Shown: piece by piece, positions 52,101 through 64,000 of the stretch
Position numbering within the stretch: the stretch's first letter is position 1
Layout of the letters: every line of letters begins with the position of its first letter
Assembly: GCA_964587045.1 (NCBI GenBank)
Contig: CAZPJY010000001.1
Location: 1-64,000 of the forward strand
Direction of reading: 5' to 3'
DNA from: an uncultured Methanosarcinales archaeon
Lineage (GTDB): Archaea > Nanobdellota > Nanobdellia > Woesearchaeales > CAZPJY01
Length of the DNA: 64,000 bases
Notes under the pieces: generated by a model
Database searches by the model: none
What the model saw: only the letters and a program-made list of their open reading frames with translations
Told to the model about the DNA's origin: nothing
Program-made: the position numbers and the translations under genes

Positions 52101-55100
52101 CTACTCGACAGACCTTGTCAACGAGGCAGGAGTGCCGGTGGAGAGGATAGGCGGCAACTGGACGGTGGGTGCCCAGTGCTGGGACCGGGCCTTCAACTCG
52201 GACACTGCGCATGCTGAGTTCCGTGTCATGACCGACTTCCCCTACGGCCTGGAGGTAATAAGCCCGGCGGCTGGCGTATACAACAGCGCGATGTCGCTTG
52301 AGGTCAGGACCAACAAGCAGACCCTTTCATGCAACTACTACGACGACACCACAGCCTATTCAGGGACCATGACCGGAATGTCTGACTACTACGGCGGCAC
52401 GTACACGGCGACCGTCACCGGGCTCGCCAACCTGGACTACACATTCCACTTCGCATGCGGCTCGGACTACGGGGAGACCGCGCAGGGAGAGGTCTCGTTC
52501 ACCTACGACGGCGAGGCCCCGGCAGCGCCGCTCATCGTTTCGCCCACGAACGATTCCCTTGTCACCGACAGGATATTGGTGGAAGGATTCGCAGAGCCAG
52601 GGGCAACTATGGGGGTCTACTTGGGCAGCCTCCTGCTGGATACGATCGGCATCGCAGGGGAATATCAGCCGCTCGACCCGTCCAATGATGAGTACTTCTC
52701 ATTGGACATACCGATACCGGGCAACTACCCGGACCAGGAGTACACCCTCAGGCTCCAGGTCTATGACGGCGTGGGGAACGGGCCGTCGAGCGGTGCGCTG
52801 CTCTTTACCACGGACAGGACAGGTCCTGAGGCTCCGGAGTTGTGGCCGTTCCCTGAATACACCAACCAGCGGGATTTCAGCGTGTACGGCTACACCGGCG
52901 AGACGGCGACCAACATCAGCGTCGTGAACGCGGACGCCGACATCGTCGCTACCGCGATATCCAATGTCGAGTCATCATGCGAGCTTAGGGATGTGGTCCC
53001 AGGCTCAGGGGTCGAAGGGTCGAACGAGTTCCTGTCAGACGAGATGATAGGCGGGTACTATATCCAGCTGACGACTCCGCTCTACGGGTTCGCGAGGTAC
53101 CATATAGAATACTTAAACCCAATACTCTTTGGGGAGGACGGCGTCGTGGTGTCGCCGGCGCTTCAGGAGGACATCACGTCCAGGCGGGTACTCATGTGCG
53201 ATGGCCGCTACCCAACGGGGTGGTTCAACCTGACAGTTGGCCTGCATGAGGGCCTCAACAGGTTCAGGGCTGCCGCCTTCGACAGGGTGGGCAACATGGG
53301 CGACCTCTCTGACTTCGAGTCGGTCATTCTCGATACGGTGCCGCCTGTCATCGACCAGGTCAGCCCGGGCGACGGTGACATGGTCAACACCTTCACTGAG
53401 CCCATCCTGGCACGGGTGACGGACATCGGAGTGGGGATAGAGAACGCGACCATGACTGTCAATACGGTCGGTTACACCTGCGATGATCCGGAGCTCGACT
53501 GCCACAGGGTGGATGACGGGCTGATGCTGCTCACCTTCACGCCGTACCAGCTGCAATCAGGGCCTAACCAGGTCCTGGTCAGCACGCTGGACAAGGCGGG
53601 CAACCCCGCAGCCGTGACTTGGAACTTCACGGTCGACACGAGGATACCATCCAGGCCCGGGTTCGAGGTTGCGGGAGGCGTGAGAGGGCTCGCCAGCAAC
53701 TGGTACACAGAGGACACCACCCCCAGAATCATATTCAGGACCAACGCATCAGAGGAAATAAATGTCGTGTCGACGCTGCTGCAGAGCTCAGCAGGACAGC
53801 TGCAGGGCGTGAACTGCGTGGAGACGCAGGCGTCAGTGTTCGAGTGCGACACTTCGCCACTGCAGGAGGGGAGCTACACGTTCACAGTCGAGATGAACAA
53901 GGTGCTCGATGCAGTGACCACCAGCTCGACCGTGCCGTACTGGATAACCGTAAACGTCGACGCTAGCCCGCCCCTCGTTAGCATAACCGCCCCGTCGGTA
54001 TCGCAGACCGCCTCGGTGCAGGTGGAGGTCTCGTACAACGATCCCAACATCGCAAACGTGACTGTGAGCGCCTCGAATGTCGAGGTGCTCCACCCGGCGG
54101 AGGCCTCAGGCACTGAGCAGGTGGCAATGACGCTGTTCCCGGGTGACGGCCAGAAGATCATAACCGCGCTGGCAGTCGACTGGCTGGGCCATCCTAACCT
54201 GGCGACAGCCCATGTGTTCCTGGACACGCGCGCTCCGATAATCCATATAAGCTCTGTCGGAGGCGCCATCCTCACGGCCCAGGGAGATTACCTCATCGGA
54301 GCATCCAGCGTCCTGATCACCGGCAACTTCACCGATGACAACCTCAATGAGATATACATGGAGTCCGACCCGAGCGTCAGGGCCATAACCAGCGGGAACG
54401 ATTTCGAGATAACGGTCCCGCTTGACGAGGGACCCAATTATGTTAACCTGATCGCCGAGGACTTCAACGGGCAGAACGGAACGGCGCACGTTACGGTCAC
54501 GAGGGACACGACACCTCCGAACATAACGGTCGTAGGTCTGCAGGAAGGCGACCTGTACTCGCCGGCGAACAGGCCCACGATCGAGGTTACCACGTCTGAC
54601 AGGGCGGTGTGCACCGCATCGATATCCCTCATCGCGGACCAGCCGATGAGCACGAGCACCGACGGGTTGGCCCACACCTACGAGCACGCCCTTTCAGCGC
54701 TCGGCGACGGGACCTTCCCGGCTTCAGTCGCGTGCCGTGACGTCCCCATAGGTAACATGGATGTCGCGCATTTCAGCCTCGTGGTCGATACAGAACCCCC
54801 GGATGTCGTGCTCTCATCAAGCGAGGGCGAGCTCAACACCGAAGTTGAGGAAGGCATCTTCGAGTACGAGATGAACTACGTCGACATGCAGCTGGGCATA
54901 CCCATCACGGCGCTAAGCGCGCACGACGGCAACGGCGACCAGGTCGCATGCACGTACAACTGCTCAGGCCTCAAGTGCGCAAGCTCGCATGTCTGCGGGA
55001 CCTCACAGGCAGCCACAGGCGGCACCTTCGGGCTGCCCGGATTCACAAGGGATAAGCAGATGCAGATCTGCTACGACTCCCCAGACCCGAACGGGAACTA

Positions 55101-58100
55101 CCTTTACGAGGTGTCCTGCGAGGACAGAGCAGGCAATGAGGACACGTCGGAGATAAGGATCTACGTCAACGTGGACGTCGACCTGGTGGTATCCGACACG
55201 GAGCCTTCGGGAATCACAACCTCGCGGTCCTTCCTCGTCCGGGCGCAGACCAACCTGGCCGCCGAGTGCGAGTTCGAAAGCGACATCGGGGTCTGGACGC
55301 TCATGTGGTCGGATGACTACATTCACCACCAGGCCATGCACTCTGTGGAGAGCGACGGCGATCACTCAGTCAACATAAGGTGCAGGCGGAGCGACGGCAG
55401 GTCCGGCTACCACAGCGGCACCGCGCAGTTCACAGTGGACACTGTGCCGCCTGAGATAACCGATGTGGATTCTCTCACTCACCCGTCTCCCGCGTCGCAG
55501 TATAGGGATGACAGCCCTGTCTTCTCCTGGACGTCATACGACGAGACGACCGGAGTGGCCGGCTACAGCTATGAACTCAACGCGATGGCATCGTCCATCC
55601 CGGACACCACTGCCGACACGGAGAGCACCAACGTCTCGTTCGAGGGCCTCGATTCTGGGACATACCACTTCCATGTCAGGGCGCAGGACAACGCAGGGCT
55701 GTGGGGCGAGGCCGAGCATTTCACGATAAACATCGACGATTCCGCACCGGAAGAGGTCGTGATAAACCCGCTCCCTACCGCCACGACGCAGCAGATGGTT
55801 ACGGTGACCGGAAGGGTCATCTCCGGTTCAGGAGAAGCCTTCGCAAGGGTCATCCTGTACGCAAACAACATCCCAGTCGATGACCAGATCGTCACGAACA
55901 CCGACGGGACCTTCTCCTACGACCTGATACTCGCCGCGCCGTCCACGGTGATATACGCTGAGGCCTATGATTCCCTGGGCAACGGCCCCAGCCCGCCCTC
56001 CGGGGCGCAGACCGTGAACCTGGTGACATCAGCCCCTGAGCTTTACTCGTCTCACCCCTTCCACAACTCGCGCATATGCGAGCTGGAGCAGTTCACCGTG
56101 ACGCTGAAGAGGGTTGACGGAGTGGCCATAGACACTTCAGAGTCCGCCATAAGCCAGGTCGAGGACTCCATTGGAGGTATCGTCCAGGGAACAGTGTCAT
56201 ACCACCTGCGTGACCAGGGAGAGTTCCTGGACATGACCCTCACTCCCCAGGCGGGATTCGATGACGGCAACTACACCGCATCGATAGTATCGACAGACCT
56301 GCTTGGCAACACAGCCACCTATTCCATTTACTTCGAGGTCAACCAGTACGGCCCATGCGTGGCGACCAACCTCACTCCGGACCTGAGCCCGCTGGGCAGG
56401 CCTGAGCTTGACGGCCTGCAGAGCCCGACTAGGGCGAACACGGTCCAGGTTGGCGGATCCCTGTCCTACGCAGACGGATCCATCGCAGCAGGGGCGACTG
56501 TGATCATATCCAGGTCGATCGGCGCCGGCCCGTACGATGAGGCTGCCTCTGTGCAGACAGACTCCTTGGGCAGGTTCTCTTCTCCGGTTCCGCTGCCCCA
56601 GGACGGGAGGTACAGGATACGGGCGTACGCCTACGACGCGATGGGCAACGGACCCTCAGACTACTCGGAGACCCTGCAGGTGGACAGGGTCACTTCAGCC
56701 CCGGAGCTGCTGTCATCGCAGCCCGCCGACGGCTCAATCCTGAGGACAGTGAACATGGTCGCAGTGAGGCTTGGCCAGGTCGACACGGCCTTGATATCCG
56801 ATCAGTCGACCGTATCAGTCAGGAGGAGCGGTTCCCCTGTGGCCGGATCGATCAGGCAGGATGCGGGCGATGGGTGGCTGGACCTTTCAATGGTTTTCCC
56901 ATCCCCGCTCAGCTCGGGAGCCTACACCATAAGGATTACATCCCTCGACGTCCTGGGCAACACCAGGACTGACACCATCATGTTCGATGTGGACCAGGCC
57001 GCTCCTTCGATAGTGCTGACCAGCCCCTCGACGTTATCACCCTATTACACGGCAGGCCAGAACCTGAGACTGGAGGGGTACATAAGCTCTGCCAACCCTC
57101 CTGTGACCTCTTACGTCCTGCTCGGCGGGCAGCGCACAGACCTGGCATTGGTCGATGACGGCTTCGCGGACCCGGACCATGACGGCCTGGACAACTTCGG
57201 TGAGGCTGAGCAGGGCACCAGCCCCACTGATGATGACACCGACGGGGACGGATTCCCTGACGGCGCTGAGGCATCGAGCAGGGCCATTGGGTCTGCAGCA
57301 GACCCGACGACGCCGCTCCTCAGGCCCACAGACAGCGACGGCGACGGGATCGGCGACGAGTGGGAGGCCTTCTATTCTGTCGGCGACCCGTTCGGGGACC
57401 CTGACGGCGACGGCCTGAACAATTACTGGGAGTACCTGACAGGCCAGTCCCCCCTTGACTACGACACCGACGATGACGGCCAGGCTGACGCCATGCCTTC
57501 AGGAACCGGCAGGGACAACGAGTTCGTCTTGGACCTTGCCCTTGAAGGCGGCGAGCAGCCCATAGGCATACACGCCACCGACAGCCTGGGCAACGAGGCA
57601 GTGCTGGTTGGCACCGTGGTTATGAAACCAGCCACCACGAGCATAACCATATCATCCCCTGAGGACTCATCAACCCTGTACGTGCCGCTCGTGACGGTGT
57701 CAGGGGAGTATTTTGACGATTACATCGACAGGATAGAGCTGTACGACGACTCCGAAGCACCTGTGGTGATGAGGAGCCCGGAGTTCGGAAGGTTCGCCTT
57801 CGAGAACGTGTTGCTGGAGGAAGGCCAAAACGTTCTGCGCGTAGTGGCCTACGACCTGTTCGGCGACTCCTACGAGGACTCGGTGGCTGTGGACTTCGAC
57901 CCGCTGTCGATACCGCTCCAGGTGACGCTGGACACTCCCCCATCTCCCGTTAGGGACCCATCGGTGACGGTCACCGGAAGCGTGCAGTTAACGGACGGCA
58001 CGGCCCTATCCTCAGGTACTGCGGAGGTCTTCGTCAACGGCGGGTACGCGAGGACTGTGGGGGTATCTGACGGTGTGTTCTCAGCAGGGCTGAACCTCAG

Positions 58101-61100
58101 GGAGTCATCCATCATAAGGGCACGCGCATACGACGCTGACGGCAACGGGCCCAGCCCGATGTCGAACTCGCAGGAGATAGTCCTGGTGAGGGACGGGCCC
58201 ATCCTCAGCTCGCTTAGTCCGGCTGACGGGACCGTGCTGAGCTACATAGCCAGCGTGAGGGCAAGGATTGAGCCGCGGGACGGGGCATCGATCGATGTGG
58301 ACGCCACCAGCCTGCTGATCCGCGACTCTTCGAACTCCGTGGTGACGGGCTTCACATCGCCGACAGTGGACACCGACGGCAACCTGCTCCTCGTTTTCAC
58401 CCCCCAGACATCATTCGACGGCAGTCACAGGATAACCCTGACCGCGGCCGACAGCTTGGGGAACACCGCTGTCTACACCTCTCGATTCGAGGTTGACACC
58501 GCCGCTCCTCTGATAATCATGGATTCTCCTGCCATCAACAGGTTCCCTTACTACACCACCGATGAGATGCTGGAACTGGCAGGCCATCTCGTCAGCCCGT
58601 ACGAGCTCAACGCGAGCGTCACCATCAACGGGATATCATACAGCATGCCAGTGCTCGACGACATCGACGCGGACTCTGATGCCGACGGCCTGAGCAACTA
58701 CCAGGAGGCACTCCGCGGCACGGACCCGGATGTCGCAGATACCGACGGCGACGGTTTCGCTGACGGCGGCGAGGTCATCAGCGGCACCAACCCGCTCGAC
58801 CCGCTGAGCAGGCCCGCTGATGCGAACTCCAACCTGATCGGCGACGAATGGGAGGCTGTGTACGGGGTCATGGCCCCCGGAGCCGACGCTGACGGGGATG
58901 GGCTTACCACCCTCTACGAATACTTCAGCGGGAACGACCCGCGCAACCCTGACACCGACGGCGACGGCGTGCCGGACAGCATATCCTCAGGCACCGGCCG
59001 CGACGACGAGTTCAGGTACTCTGCTCCGCTGCGAAGCGGGGAGAACACGATTGAGATAGTCGCCTACGACTCCCTGGACCATATGGCGCGCCTTGTCCTG
59101 ACCGCATACCAAAAGCCGGACGATTCTGAGATAAGCATACTCTCGCCCGAGGGCGGGGAGACGATATTCTGGAGGGTGCTTGGGGTGTACGGCGAGTACC
59201 TGAACGACTATGTCGACTATATAGATATACTTCACAACGGCGTGCGGGCCGCAAGGATTGACCAGCCCGCTTTCGGGCATTTCTCCCTCGGCTCCTTAGA
59301 GCTTGAGGAGGGCCCGAACACGATCACCGCGGAGCTGCACGACCTGTTCGACACGGTCAGCAGGGACTCTGTAACTGTCAACTACGACCCCATGTCCATC
59401 CCGATTCTTCCGGAACTGGATCCGGTCCAGTCGCCCAGGAACAGGAGGGACATCGTGCTGACGGGCAGGGTTCGCAACTTCAACGGAACGCTCGTCCGGG
59501 GAGGCCACGTAGACATATTCGTGAACGGAGCGGAATACGGCTCGGCAAATGTCGGGATGGACGGGGAGTTCACCGCTTCTGTAAGCATATCCCAGTCATC
59601 CCAGATGAGGGTCCGCGCGTACGACGCAGAAGGGAACGGGCCCAGCCAGTTCTCCAACACGGTGGGCGCGGAGCTGGTCACAGAAGGTCCGAGCCTGGTA
59701 TCGGTGAGCCCTGCCGGAGGTGCGGTCCTGCCGTCCCTCAACGGGATCGAGGTGACCCTTGAGGAGCAGGACGGGGCAGGCCTAAACCAGTCCGCCACGG
59801 CGATGACCCTTCTCGGAAACGGGTTCGTTGTGCTGAGCACGAGCTTCTCCAGCTGCGGAGCGGGGTGCGTGCGGATGACCGCATCGCCCTCGGTTGGCAC
59901 CGGGCAGTACGAGCTGGGCATAACCGCCACTGACAACCTGGGCAACTCGGAGTTCTATTCCTCTTTGTTCGAGATAAACGAGGACAGCCCGGAGATAACC
60001 CTCATCGAGCCTGCCCTGCAGACAATATACACTGTCGAAGAGGAGATCCAGCTGCGCGGCTTCGTGACCGTCGCAGCCAATGCGCTGCCCCTCACCGGCA
60101 CGGTGGCTGCCGGGGGGTCACAGACTCCGCTGGCGTTCCAGGACGGGGTGTTCGAAAACGAGTTCAGCCAGGTGCTTGCCCTGCAGCCTGGCGAGAACGC
60201 TGTCACCGTCAGCGTCTCCGACAGCCTGGGCCATGAGGGCGTGACCGGCTTCACAGCGATAAGGAAGCCCGGCCAGAACACGGTGTCCATAACCTACCCA
60301 AGCGACGGCGAGACGGTCTACACCAGGGTGACTTCCATCGAGGGCGAATACTCGGACGACTATGCAGAATCTATTGAGGTTTACGTAAACGACGTCCTGA
60401 CTGACACCATCGGCAACCCCTATGATGGCACCTTCTCATCGGACGTGACGCTTGCAGACGGAATGAATTCCATAAGGGTCGTCGAGAGCGACGTCTTCGG
60501 CGAGGAGGCGGCCGATGAGATCGAGCTCATATACGACCACCTCGCGGTCCCAATCGTCCCGCAGCTGTACAGCAGCGCGATAATAAGCCCCACCGCGACC
60601 CCGGTGATCCTCGTCTCGGGCGAGGTCAACTACCTCGACGGCAGGCCCCTCGTAGNNNNNNNNNNACTGTGGAGATATTCATCAATGACGAGTCGTACGG
60701 CCTGGCTGACATCAGCACTTCCGGCTCCGGGGCGTTCTCTAGGAACGTGCGCCTTGAGAGCCCTTTCAACTTCATAAGGGTGCGCGCGTACGACCCGGAC
60801 GGCAACGGGCCGAGCATCTTCTCCAACGGAAAGGAAGTGCTCTACATCACTGAGGGGCCGGAGCTGACTTATCTCAACCCGGCTGACGGCGACATATTGA
60901 GCTCCGCATCGCAGGTGACGGCCACGCTGACCCAGATCGACAGCGCCCAGGTCTCCTCAGGATCCACGATTGAGGTGCTCAACTACTTGGGAAGCCCTGT
61001 CGCAGGCACGCAGCAGCTCATCTCGACCACGCAGGACTCCAAGACCTTCAGGTACTCTTTCAGCCCGCCTGGCGACGGGACGTACCTGGTCAGGGTTACT

Positions 61101-64000
61101 GGAGAGGACCAGCTGAGCCCGCAGAACGCCAAGGAGTACGAGTCCTACTTCACACTCAACTCAAACGCTCCGGTCATCACAGTTACATCGCCAAATGCCT
61201 ATCCGTACTACGCGGTGGAGAGCCAGGTCGGGATGGTCGGGCACATATCATCGGCAAACGAGCCGATAGACGCAAGGCTGTCCGTGGGAGGCGAGCAGGT
61301 CCAGCTGGAGCTGGTCGATGACGGCTTCGCGGACCCGGACCATGACGGCCTGGACAACTTCGACGAGGCGAGGTACGGAACGGACCCGGCGCTGGCCGAC
61401 ACTGACGGGGACGGCTTCCTCGACGGCGGTGAGATAACCAGCAGCACCAACCCGACAGACCCCGGATCGCAGCCGGTGGACAGGAACGGGGATTCTGTCG
61501 ACGACTTCTGGGAGGCCCTGTACGTGATAAGCAACCTCAACGCCAACCCCGACGGGGACGGGCTCTCCAATAGGCAGGAGTACCTGTACAACACCAACCC
61601 GCTCGATCCCGACACGGACGGTGACGGGGCTAACGACGCGCCCCACTCCGGCACCGGGGTCTCCAACCAGTTCATGGCTTCAGTCCCGCTGTCAGGCGGA
61701 CGCAACCTCGTCGTGGTGGAGGCGACAGACTCCCTAGGAAACGAGGCCTCTTCATCTTATACAATAATAGTCAAGCCTGCATCGTCAGGCATCACCATCC
61801 AGTCGCCCGAGGAGGGTGACGTGTTCTACACGCGGTCCATAAGCGTGGACGGCAATTACCATGACGACTACCTGGACAGGATAGAGATCTGGCGCAACGG
61901 GGAGCTTGTCGACACGGTCGACTCACCCTACGACGACCAGTTCACCTCGGAGGTTCAGCTGGCCGACGGTTCCAACACGATAACCGCGATAAAGCACGAC
62001 CTGTTCGGGGAGAGCGCCACAGATTCTGTGACGGTCTCGTACGATCCGCTGTCCCTCCCCATCATCCCTCTGCTGAATGCGGTCCAGAGCCCTGTCCCAG
62101 ACCCCCACGTGTTCGTGTCTGGCATGGTGACATATGTAGGGGGCGCGCCGGTCGCGGGAGGCGAGGTGGAGGTTTTCCTGAACGGCAGGTCAGCGGGCCG
62201 CGCCTCGCTGGCTGATGACGGCAGCTTCTTTGCCCAGGTCACCTTGCGGGCCGACTACAACCTGGTGGAGGTCAGCGCGTACGACGCAGATGGGAACGGG
62301 CCCAGCCAGATGTCACAGGCAAGGGAGATCCTCTGGGTGCAGGACGCGCCGAGGCTGGCTGAGCTATCGCCAGAAGAGGGCGCAGTGCTGAGGACGCTGA
62401 CCGAGGCCACGGCAGTCCTGACTGAGGTGGACAGCGCCGGCATCAACCAGGCACTCTCGATACTTTCGGTTATAGATTCGGCCGGCAACTACGTCGGAAG
62501 CCTGATGAACAGCATCGCCTCGGGTGAGAACGTGACCCTCGAGCTGCCGCTGTGGGAGGTGCTCGACGACGGGGTGTACACGGTCGAGGTCATGGCGGCA
62601 GACAACATACAAAACATCAGGAGATATGTGTCTACTTTCAGGATTGACACCTCAGCGCCCGTCATACATCTCAACTACCCGTCAGAGGCCGTCGTTTACA
62701 CCACCACCCCCTCCCTCGACGTCTACGGCAGGGTCGAGACAGACTACCCGCCGGTAGAGGTATACCTGGGCAGGGAAGGCGCGCTCGAGCCGGCGGTCGT
62801 CATGGACAACGCCTTCGGCGACACCGACAACGACGGACTCACCAACTACAGGGAGAGCGTCCTTGGCACCAACCCTGCGCTGGCGGACTCAGACGGGGAC
62901 GGCTTCCTCGACGCGGGAGAGCTGACCTCGGGGACGGATCCTCTGAACCCGTCATCCTCTCCTGCGGATGCGGACGGCGACGGGATGGACGACGAGTGGG
63001 AAGCACTGCACGACGCTTACGACCCTGTCGCTGACCAGGACGGCGACGGACTGCTCAACCGCGGTGAGTACGGCTACGGATTCGATCCCAACGACCCGAC
63101 GTCGTATCGCGAGTCGAAGGGTAGCGGCATGCCGAACGAATTCGCCTCGACCGTACAGCTTGAGGAGGGTGAAAACACGGTGGTGATCCGCGGAGTTGAC
63201 GGTCTGGCCAACAGCGGGGAGAGGAGGCTCACTGTCATACTGAAGCCTCAAGGAAGCTCGATGAGAATCATCAGCCCGTCGCAGGGCTATGTGAGCGTCT
63301 ACCCCGATATCACCGTTGAGGGGGTCTACGATGACGATTTCATCGACCGCATAGAGCTGTTCAGGGACGGCGAGCTCCTGGCGACGGCTTTGCCGTACGA
63401 CGGAAGCTTCGTGTTCGGCGTCAGACTGGACGCTGGGGAGAACCACCTGACCGTCAGGGAGCGCGACCTGTTCGGTGAGACGCTTGAGGACAGCGTTACC
63501 GTATTCTACGACGACACCCCGACTGAGGCTGAGCTGGTAGGCGACAACCCCTACTTCACGCGCGCCTCCAATATCGAGATATCAGGCGCGATAACGAGCG
63601 TGCGCGAGTACTACGCATGGGTGCGCCACACCTACCTGGGGCAGTCAGGCCTGACCACGTCGTACTATCCGATCCAGACCTCCGGCCAGTTCGCGGTTGA
63701 AGTGCCGTTGTACGAAGGAGAGAACCTGGTGGAGGTCAGGGTAAACGACTCCCTCGAGATAACCTCATCTGGGGTCCTGCACATAGTCCGCGACACCACG
63801 CAGCCCGAAGTGAGGGTCACGGCGCCGGAGGACGGCGACATAGCATCGGTCTCGACCAGCTCGCAGTTGGGAGGTGTGGCAGGGACCTATGAGGACTACT
63901 TCCAGAGCCTGACTGACTTCGACCAGGTCGACACTATAGAGAGGATCCAGTTCTTCAGGAACTCCGAGCTCATCGCGACAGAGCTTTCGCCATACAACAA
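49138..64000 (+). CDS. Giant secreted protein C (3'-truncated, about 4950 aa or more), spanning an assembly gap; Ig-like repeats with Ca-binding DxDxDG inserts
   Basis: ATG directly follows the TAG of protein B, with signal peptide MIATRTRNAYIFALLVVLLAVSAYG. After the N run the same repeat pattern resumes at 60666 (TVEIFINDESYG...RVRAYDPDGNGPS) in another frame. That frame reads as the same module type in the stretches I translated, including the last codons at the window end. Confidence 0.88.
57149..57199 (+). repeat. 51-bp identical repeat (second copy at 61312-61362)
   Basis: Encodes (L)VDDGFADPDHDGLDNF at the start of two Ca-binding inserts. Confidence 0.88.
57151..57525 (+). repeat. Bacterial-TSP3-like DxDxDG Ca-binding insert; further copies at about 58654-59010, 61315-61675 and 62800-63145
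   Basis: DPDHDGLDN..E...GT.P...DTDGDGF.DG.E...T.P.DP...DGDG.GDEWE...D.DGDGL.N..EY pattern, four copies. Confidence 0.85.
60656..60665. other. Scaffold gap (10 N placeholder)
   Basis: A run of 10 N that causes an apparent frameshift in protein C. Confidence 0.98.

Noticed and set aside
60656..60777. Frameshift or pseudogene, or a stop at 60777 ending protein C
   Set aside because: It is an artefact of the 10-N placeholder. The repeat pattern continues in the shifted frame from 60666.
202..63446. The many short alternative-frame and minus-strand ORFs (for example 202-978, 1408-2148, 24530-25432, 35331-35987)
   Set aside because: All overlap the giant genes, have no recognisable domains, and are expected from high GC and codon bias.
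1..64000. Inteins, toxin or enzyme domains, transposases, tRNA or rRNA genes
   Set aside because: I recognised no Hint/HN-C junction, catalytic motif, terminal inverted repeat or RNA gene, and there is no non-coding space. A cryptic domain could still be missed without HMM searches.

Overview
The window is almost entirely one plus-strand, tightly coupled gene run with no real intergenic DNA. It holds giant secreted/surface protein A (open from base 1, more than 8,500 aa, stop at 25524), a 98-aa hydrophobic-N-terminus thrombospondin type 3 (TSP3)-repeat protein, giant protein B (about 7,770 aa), and giant protein C (more than 4,900 aa, running off the right edge across a 10-N assembly gap). 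The three giants are paralogous mosaics of Ig-like, FN3-like, carboxypeptidase-regulatory-like, carbohydrate-binding-like, Cys-rich and Ca-binding DxDxDG modules arranged in super-repeats. Frequent ATA/AGG codons at high GC, GGTG-type ribosome-binding sites and dense N-x-S/T sequons point to an archaeon, probably DPANN (inference). The most unusual features are: (1) a 443-bp duplicated in-frame segment that is about 80% G+T and looks A->G/C->T hypermutated, with milder skew in other homogenised repeats; (2) a shared 9-residue C-terminal motif on all three visible C-termini, none of which has a membrane anchor; (3) a roughly 80-aa domain inserted about 14 times at periodic positions; (4) an (A1-A2-B)x2 higher-order repeat in protein B. 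I found no RNA genes, CRISPR arrays, mobile elements or enzymes. Domain names come from motif recognition by eye, not database searches, and domain boundaries are approximate.
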